A stretch of DNA of 64,000 nucleotides from assembly GCA_965250285.1 (NCBI GenBank), contig OZ252299.1:2464001-2528000 (forward strand), in the 5' to 3' direction. The translations under genes were made by a program, and so were the position numbers. Shown here in pieces: positions 58,868 to 64,000 of the stretch; the first letter of the stretch is position 1, and every line of letters starts with the position of its first letter. The notes beneath the pieces were generated by a model, which saw only the letters and a program-made list of their open reading frames with translations, was not told the origin of the DNA and did not search any database. Source of the DNA: Myxococcota bacterium (GTDB lineage Bacteria > Myxococcota_A > UBA9160 > UBA4427).

Positions 58868-59308
58868 ATGACTGTGGAGGACGAAGTCCGGGCGGCGTCG
58901 GAGGCGTTCTACAGCGCGCTGAACAGCACATTCGGTGGGGACCCGGCCCCAATGTTTGACGTTTGGCGCCATACGCCGACAGTCTCGGCCTTGCGTCCGA
59001 ACGGCGGTCGCGAGGTTGGCTGGGATGAGCTCTGGTCAGCTTGGAATCAGGTGGCAGAGGTTTTCTCCGGCGGTCATGTCGAGATGACCGACCGCGCCAT
59101 TTGTGTCTGCGGCGATATCGCTTACGAAATCGGTTTGGAACGTGGAACCCTCAAGCCCGCAGGAGCAACGGTCAAAGCTGAGCATCGGGTGACCAATATC
59201 TTCGAGCGATCAGACGGTGAATGGAAGATCATTCACCATCACACAGACAAATCGGAAGGCGCGATGGAAGCGCTAAAGCAGGTGAACAAGGGTCACCGAA
59301 CCACCTGA
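58868..59308 (+). CDS. NTF2-like (SnoaL/DUF4440) protein
   Basis: FYSALN, GREVGWDE, GDIAY, RVTNIF..DGEWKIIHHH. Confidence 0.88.
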   Translation: MTVEDEVRAASEAFYSALNSTFGGDPAPMFDVWRHTPTVSALRPNGGREVGWDELWSAWNQVAEVFSGGHVEMTDRAICVCGDIAYEIGLERGTLKPAGATVKAEHRVTNIFERSDGEWKIIHHHTDKSEGAMEALKQVNKGHRTT

Positions 59309-59421
59309 AGAATTCGCTGGTGTCCTTCTTCAGTTCTTCCCGGCGCGTCTCGACCGGGGTGCAATCCTGGTACGACTCGAGCCAAGCGATAGGCCTCGTG
59401 GTGTCGGCCTCTCAATCACAT

Positions 59422-60450
59422 CTAGTTTCTTGGCGGGGGACGCCTCTCGGTGGCATCGCAGGTCTGCGTGCCCGGCGACGCAGAGCAGCCTTGCTGGCCT
59501 GTCACGCATCCGATGACGCTGTTAACGCCCAAAGCGGAGGCGTGATAGTGGTACCCCAGCTTGTCTGACGTGTGCCCGCGGCATTCATCGAGATCCTTCG
59601 GCTCGCGTCCATTCACGTCCAGCCGCCTGTAGAGACCGTAACCATCCATCGTCATCCCGACCTGCTGCGCATGGCCGCTGTCGTCGGCGATGCCCTTGAG
59701 GCAGTCGGTCACAAAGTGGTAGTGATAGCCCGCGAACGGATTCACGTGCCCGCCGCAATCGTCGAAGGGTGCAATGTTGTAGGCCTTCAGAATGTCAGAA
59801 AGAGGCGCCGGCCCCTCGAACCTGACGCCGTTCATTGAAAGTCCGGTTCCAGGCTGATCTTTCAACGGCATCGGCTTCTCCGCTTTGACCGGATTGAGCG
59901 GGATGAAATACGTTCTGATTGGCGAGAATACAGTCTGGTCTGCTTCGCATTGGGCGCAGTAGAAGTAGTACTCCTTCCAAACATCCGGCCGCGCCGCACC
60001 GAAACAGGCATCGAATGATTTCGTGACAAGAACGTCGCCGGTTTCAGGGTCATACATTTTCCATTTCGGGTCGTCGTAGAACGTGGCGAGGTTCTTGACG
60101 AACTCGCCATCCGCGTCATAAACCTTGCCATCCTTGAACCATATGCCCGCTGCTTCTGGCCCGTCGGCGATATTGTCCGGACACCACGGTCCCGCTTCGT
60201 AATCAGGCGCCTGTTTCAGGACCAGCTTTACGCATTCCGTCTTTGCGCCACCCGATAGCGTGCACTCGACAACTTCCGCGTCCTGCATGACCGCCTCGCC
60301 GCTCACATGCGCCAAGAAGGCCTGCATCGCCGGCGAGGCCTCAGCGGGAATCTCCAAGTGCCCATCACCATGGCCCAGTGCCGGGGAGAGGCACATCGTT
60401 GCGAGCAAGAATACGGCGTTGCGTGCGTGATCACGGAAAGACTCGAACAT
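59422..60450 (-). CDS. YHYH domain secreted protein
   Basis: Signal peptide; NGV, DDCGGH..GYHYH, DGYGLY, LDECRGH..GYHYH; ATG 60450 after GGAG. Confidence 0.9.
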   Translation of the reverse strand: MFESFRDHARNAVFLLATMCLSPALGHGDGHLEIPAEASPAMQAFLAHVSGEAVMQDAEVVECTLSGGAKTECVKLVLKQAPDYEAGPWCPDNIADGPEAAGIWFKDGKVYDADGEFVKNLATFYDDPKWKMYDPETGDVLVTKSFDACFGAARPDVWKEYYFYCAQCEADQTVFSPIRTYFIPLNPVKAEKPMPLKDQPGTGLSMNGVRFEGPAPLSDILKAYNIAPFDDCGGHVNPFAGYHYHFVTDCLKGIADDSGHAQQVGMTMDGYGLYRRLDVNGREPKDLDECRGHTSDKLGYHYHASALGVNSVIGCVTGQQGCSASPGTQTCDATERRPPPRN

Positions 60451-61092
60451 GCGGAACTCCAAAATCGTGACGTTCGGCGACCGGGGATGTGAAGGTCGGT
60501 TTAGATCCCTTAGCGTGCAAACTGCAAGCCGGTCGCTGCCTGAACTCCGAAACACGGCCATCGTCCTGCAGCCGACCTGGTCTTTCAACAGCTTTCGAGC
60601 GAGCGGCACGCGCCGGGGGGCGCAGGTTCGGAACCGGCCGGAGGCGCCACACAGCGTGCACTCTCAGTCGCGGTCAATTTCCCAACTCGAGAGATCTGAT
60701 TGTCTGTCGATCTCGCCTAACACTTCCGACTCATCGAGACCCAGCTCAAACACCGCGTGGGAGTTCGCGGCAATCAAGCCTTTGGCCCCTTGTCACCGCC
60801 GAGTGACGGCATATCGGCGAAAACCGACACGGCCAGGTCACCGGGTTGCCCTGCCGGCCATTCCCACCGACGGGGTATGTGATCTCATCGCTGCCCCGGG
60901 GATCCGATGCCGACCTAGCCGCGCTTTCGGCTCGGATGCTCAACCCGGTCGCATCCTGGCTTCGATGGCCGCATGAAACGGATGCCAGAGCCGTCGGCAA
61001 GCACGTCGGCGCCGAGGAGGAGCAACGTTCGGCTCCTCCCAAGCTGAGCGCGCCGCCTACGTCGTAGGGTTCGGGCGAAGGCGCAACTCGTT

Positions 61093-61200
61093 GGGATTCG
61101 AACCCCCATTCCCTTCGCGTCTCATTGATCTGCGCGGCAGATCAACGAGATCCTCATACGATCTTCCCGCTCATCGCTCGCAGATCGCCCTCAGGTTCGA
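61093..61200. repeat. Structured ~108-bp repeat, copy 1
   Basis: GGGATTCGAACCC...TTGATCTGC-GCG-GCAGATCAA...CGCTCATCGCTCGCAGA...GGTTCGA; near-identical to 63468-63574. Confidence 0.9.
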
Positions 61201-61331
61201 AGCCTGGTCCAAGAAGTAGAGGAGTCGTTTCGGAGGCACCATGTCCCCGGAAGGCACGGGACGGCGCCTCTGGAGAGAGTCTCCGTGCGGGCATGCCGAG
61301 CCGGAGGCAGGCCCAGTTCGATCGTGCGGCC

Positions 61332-62132
61332 CTACACGTCGACGCCGAGCGTGAGGCTGCCAACGTGCCAGTCCCCGTCGCGGGACATGTGCAAGAAGCC
61401 TCCGTCCGCCCCGTTCGATTCGTGGATGACGCGATCGTTGAGGTTGGTCCAAGGGCTCTGACCGCGCGAGGTGTAGGGCTCTTCGCGCACGAAGAGCTCG
61501 GACGAGAGCGCGTCCGGGAAGTAGACCTGGTTCGTCAGCACCACACGCGGATCGTCGTATGAGAGTTCTGCGTCGCCGGGCCTGGAGACCCGGACGTGGA
61601 TGTGCGGCGGTCGGGGCGTGTACCAGCCCGGGTAGATGGTCTCGAACTCGACCATGCCCTCGGCATCGCTGAACTGGACGCCGCGGCAGAAGCGTTCCTC
61701 TTCCTCGGGCTCGTAGATCCCTTCAGGCATGACGCGCGGGAACTGGTCCGGCGGGTAGGAGGGGTATCCGCTGTAGAGGCCGGTCGCATCGCAGTGCCAG
61801 ATCTCCACCGGCATGCCTTCGAGAGGCCGACAGCCAGGCACGTCGACGACCTTGAAGCGCACGCGAAGTGGAACGCCGGGCCTTTCTTCCGCGATGTTCC
61901 GGCGGACCAGCGTCTTCGGGATGAAGAAGGGGCCGCGGATCGCCTCGGCATTCAGCGCACAGACCTCCGAGGTCTCGAAGCTATAGCTGGTGGGGTCGAA
62001 ACCCGAGTTGTCCGCGGTTGCCATCCAACGGCCGAATCGCTCGCACGCCGAGAGCGGGGCCGCGAGCAACGCAAGCAGCGTCACCTTCAGGAGGTCTCGG
62101 CGGGAGGGGTTCTGTCTCGAGATGCGGGCCAT
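61332..62132 (-). CDS. Intradiol ring-cleavage dioxygenase-like Tat lipoprotein
   Basis: SRRDLL..LSAC; EIWHCDATGLYS, TIYPGWY..RPPHIH; ATG 62132 after AAAGGAG. Confidence 0.9.
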   Translation of the reverse strand: MARISRQNPSRRDLLKVTLLALLAAPLSACERFGRWMATADNSGFDPTSYSFETSEVCALNAEAIRGPFFIPKTLVRRNIAEERPGVPLRVRFKVVDVPGCRPLEGMPVEIWHCDATGLYSGYPSYPPDQFPRVMPEGIYEPEEEERFCRGVQFSDAEGMVEFETIYPGWYTPRPPHIHVRVSRPGDAELSYDDPRVVLTNQVYFPDALSSELFVREEPYTSRGQSPWTNLNDRVIHESNGADGGFLHMSRDGDWHVGSLTLGVDV

Positions 62133-62149
62133 GGAGACTCCTTTGGAAG

Positions 62150-62606
62150 GTCGGTGTGGGCCTGGGCACGCCGGTTGGCGCGAGCGCGGGGACGGCGACG
62201 CCTCGGAGTGCGTTGGGCCGCACGTACTTGCGCGAGGATGCGAACCCGCGCCGCCGGTTTCGCGACGGCGAGTAGGGAGACCCCGAGCCCGACAACCAGG
62301 TCGCGGCGAAGCCCCTTGGCGTCGACCTCGCCGGCTGGCCACAACTGGAACGCGCCCACGTTCGAGACGCGGATCGGTCGCGCCAACACTGCGGGCGAGA
62401 TCTCGTCGCCGATCAGCCCCGCGGCGACGGCCGCTTCGAGCCCACTGCGCATGCGCGAGATCGGCACTTTCGAGAACGACGTGAGATCGCCGCCCGAGCG
62501 AGCTCCTGCATCGTGAGTGGACTGCGACGCCTCTGGCGAGCAGCTCCAACGCGGCCTCGAGGATCCTCTGGCGCCCCGCTTGCTTCGAGTCGTGGCGAGC
62601 CTCCAT
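62150..62606 (-). pseudogene. Frameshifted, internally deleted TetR regulator
   Basis: Frame 1 MEARHDSKQAGRQRILEAALELLARG; frame 2 LTMQELARAA; recognition helix missing; frame 3 MRSGLEAAVAAGLIGDEISPAVLAR...; left boundary approximate. Confidence 0.75.
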
Positions 62607-62614
62607 AGTCACTG

Positions 62615-62634
62615 ATTTATAGCATGCTATAAAT
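62615..62634. promoter_or_regulatory. Perfect 20-bp operator palindrome
   Basis: ATTTATAGCATGCTATAAAT fills most of the 28 bp between divergent ATGs. Confidence 0.8.
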
Positions 62635-63306
62635 ATGGCAGCGATTCGAAAGGGGGGCTCCCTGAAGAGACCGGGCTTCTTCTTCTGGTTCGGCGTCCTG
62701 CTGTTCCTGCTGGCTGTCGGCGGATTTGGGCTGCGGGCATCCCTGGACGCGGAGAACCTGCCGCCGATGCGAGCCTGGCTGACCATCCACGCATTGAGCA
62801 GTGGGTTGTGGCTGGCGTGGGTTCCGCTCCAGGCGATCTTGATCTCGCAGCGGCAGCTGCGGCTCCACCGCTCCTTCGGTCTCGCCAGCCTCCCGCTCGC
62901 CGTCGTCGTCTTGATCAGCGGCGTCGTGATCAGCTTCGAGTTCTTCGAGCGGACCGACTTTTTCTTCGCCTTCTTCCCGGGCGTCTTGAACCTGATCCTC
63001 TTCTTCGTCTGCTATGCGCTCGCGATGCTGCAACGTCGCGACGGCGCGTTCCACAAGCGTCTGATGACCTTCGCGTCCCTCGCGCTCATCCCTCCAGCAT
63101 TCAACCGCGTCGTGTTCGCGTTTGGACTCGACATGGCGGTCACCCACGTGACCTGGCTGCTGCTCGTCCTCGTGGTCCCGATTCACGACCGCCTTGTCGA
63201 CGGGTGCGTCGGCCGCGGATCGAAGGTCGGGGTCGGCCTGGTGCTCGCCAGCGTGGTCGGCAGCATCGTCGGGATCGGGATGCACCGGGAACTGGTTGGG
63301 GGCTGA
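62635..63306 (+). CDS. Hypothetical integral membrane protein
   Basis: About 7 TM; IHAL..WL..LQA.LI..RLHRSFG, FHKRLM..PAFNR. Confidence 0.82.
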   Translation: MAAIRKGGSLKRPGFFFWFGVLLFLLAVGGFGLRASLDAENLPPMRAWLTIHALSSGLWLAWVPLQAILISQRQLRLHRSFGLASLPLAVVVLISGVVISFEFFERTDFFFAFFPGVLNLILFFVCYALAMLQRRDGAFHKRLMTFASLALIPPAFNRVVFAFGLDMAVTHVTWLLLVLVVPIHDRLVDGCVGRGSKVGVGLVLASVVGSIVGIGMHRELVGG

Positions 63307-63467
63307 GCGGCCCCGTCTACGGTGACGGGCTCGGCGCCGTCACCGTCGCGTCGCCGAGAAGTGAAACCGATGGAGAACGTTGCGCTCGCGATCCTGAGCC
63401 CCTGCTGCGGTGCCTGAGGCTCGGTGGTGCAGTGCGGTCAACCCGCGAGTTCGCTGGCGCATCGGGA

Positions 63468-63574
63468 GGGATTCGAACCCGATTTCCTTCGCGTCTCATT
63501 GATCTGCGCGGCAGATCACCGAGATGCTCATCCGATCTACTCGCTCATCGCTCGCAGATTGCCCTCGAGTTCGA
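63468..63574. repeat. Structured ~108-bp repeat, copy 2
   Basis: Direct repeat of 61093-61200; preceded by TGGCGCATCGGGA, which gives a tRNA-like 3' end (...GCGCCA) on the minus strand. Confidence 0.9.
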
Positions 63575-63647
63575 CGGCCGATGCTCTACGCGACCGAGCC
63601 GTCTTTCGTCCCGATCTCCCTGACGGCTTTGCCTCAGACGTGCCTCA

Positions 63648-63685
63648 AACGAAGAAGCAGCCACGCAAGTGGTTGCTTCTTCGTT
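63648..63685. terminator. Strong hairpin / probable intrinsic terminator downstream of the ssrA 3' end
   Basis: AACGAAGAAGCAGCCAC-GCAA-GTGGTTGCTTCTTCGTT, 17-bp stem with one G.T pair. Confidence 0.7.
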
Positions 63686-63692
63686 GATGAAT

Positions 63693-63721
63693 TGGTGGAG
63701 GCGGCGGGAATCGAACCCGCG
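63693..63721 (-). mobile_element. tmRNA (ssrA) 3'-end fragment, probable attachment site of an integrative element
   Basis: Minus strand CGCGGGTTCGATTCCCGCCGCCTCCACCA matches the tmRNA T-arm/acceptor/CCA end; no tmRNA body recognisable beyond 63721. Confidence 0.8.
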
Positions 63722-64000
63722 GGCCAACTGACGAGAGCGGACCAGATTCAGACACTTAGGCTTTCGAATGGAGGTGCGGAGGAGGTGCGGAGTCGGCGAA
63801 ACCACCGATACCGCGCATGATGCAGAACCCGAACCGCGTCGCGTATGAGGCTTCGAACCCGAGTGGCGGGGATTCGAATCTCTCCCGGCGTGCCGTTTGT
63901 CCCGGTTCCGAACTGCGATGCGCACGGGTCAGCGCGACCGATGCAGGCGTCCGACGCGTGGGTTCATGCTCTCGGAACGACGCTCGTCATTGGCCGGGTT

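Noticed and set aside
60500..61080. ORFs upstream of the YHYH gene
   Set aside because: No coding bias or motifs; treated as intergenic or decayed DNA
61332..62786. 484-aa TetR-dioxygenase fusion
   Set aside because: By-product of the tetR frameshift; the dioxygenase has its own RBS and Tat-lipoprotein signal at 62132
61093..63574. CRISPR array or integron attC array
   Set aside because: Only two long copies 2.4 kb apart; no cas or intI genes and no clear RYYYAAC/GTTRRRY ends
63454..63721. Functional tRNA or full tmRNA gene
   Set aside because: Only T-arm/acceptor 3' halves are present; no matching 5' strand, D arm, anticodon arm or tag reading frame found

Overview
High-GC bacterial chromosomal segment (gene content suggests a Myxococcota/deltaproteobacterial-type heterotroph; this is inference). 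1-52 kb is a dense catabolic and redox accessory region. It contains an Amt / transglutaminase-amidoligase / Anbu locus facing a glutamine-amidotransferase-transglutaminase fusion, an atypical 5'-nucleotidase, an RsrR-like Rrf2 operon, an ABC-HlyD pair with a degenerate ATPase, and seven intact TetR modules with readable operator palindromes (flavin monooxygenase, cyclase, carotenoid oxygenase, PhyH and others). The strongest signal missed by the ORF track is an in-frame UGA in a UxxC motif followed by a SECIS-like hairpin, which joins two ORFs into one 382-aa membrane-anchored Prx-like selenoprotein (25981-27129). 52.4-64 kb looks like an accreted, partly decayed island region: a 1.5k-aa Tat-signal protein, YHYH and intradiol dioxygenase genes, a TetR pseudogene, two ~108-bp structured repeats with tRNA T-arm ends, and a tmRNA 3'-end att site. 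No rRNA, full tRNA, CRISPR array or intact integrase/transposase was seen. Start sites were adjusted by eye and no database searches were run.
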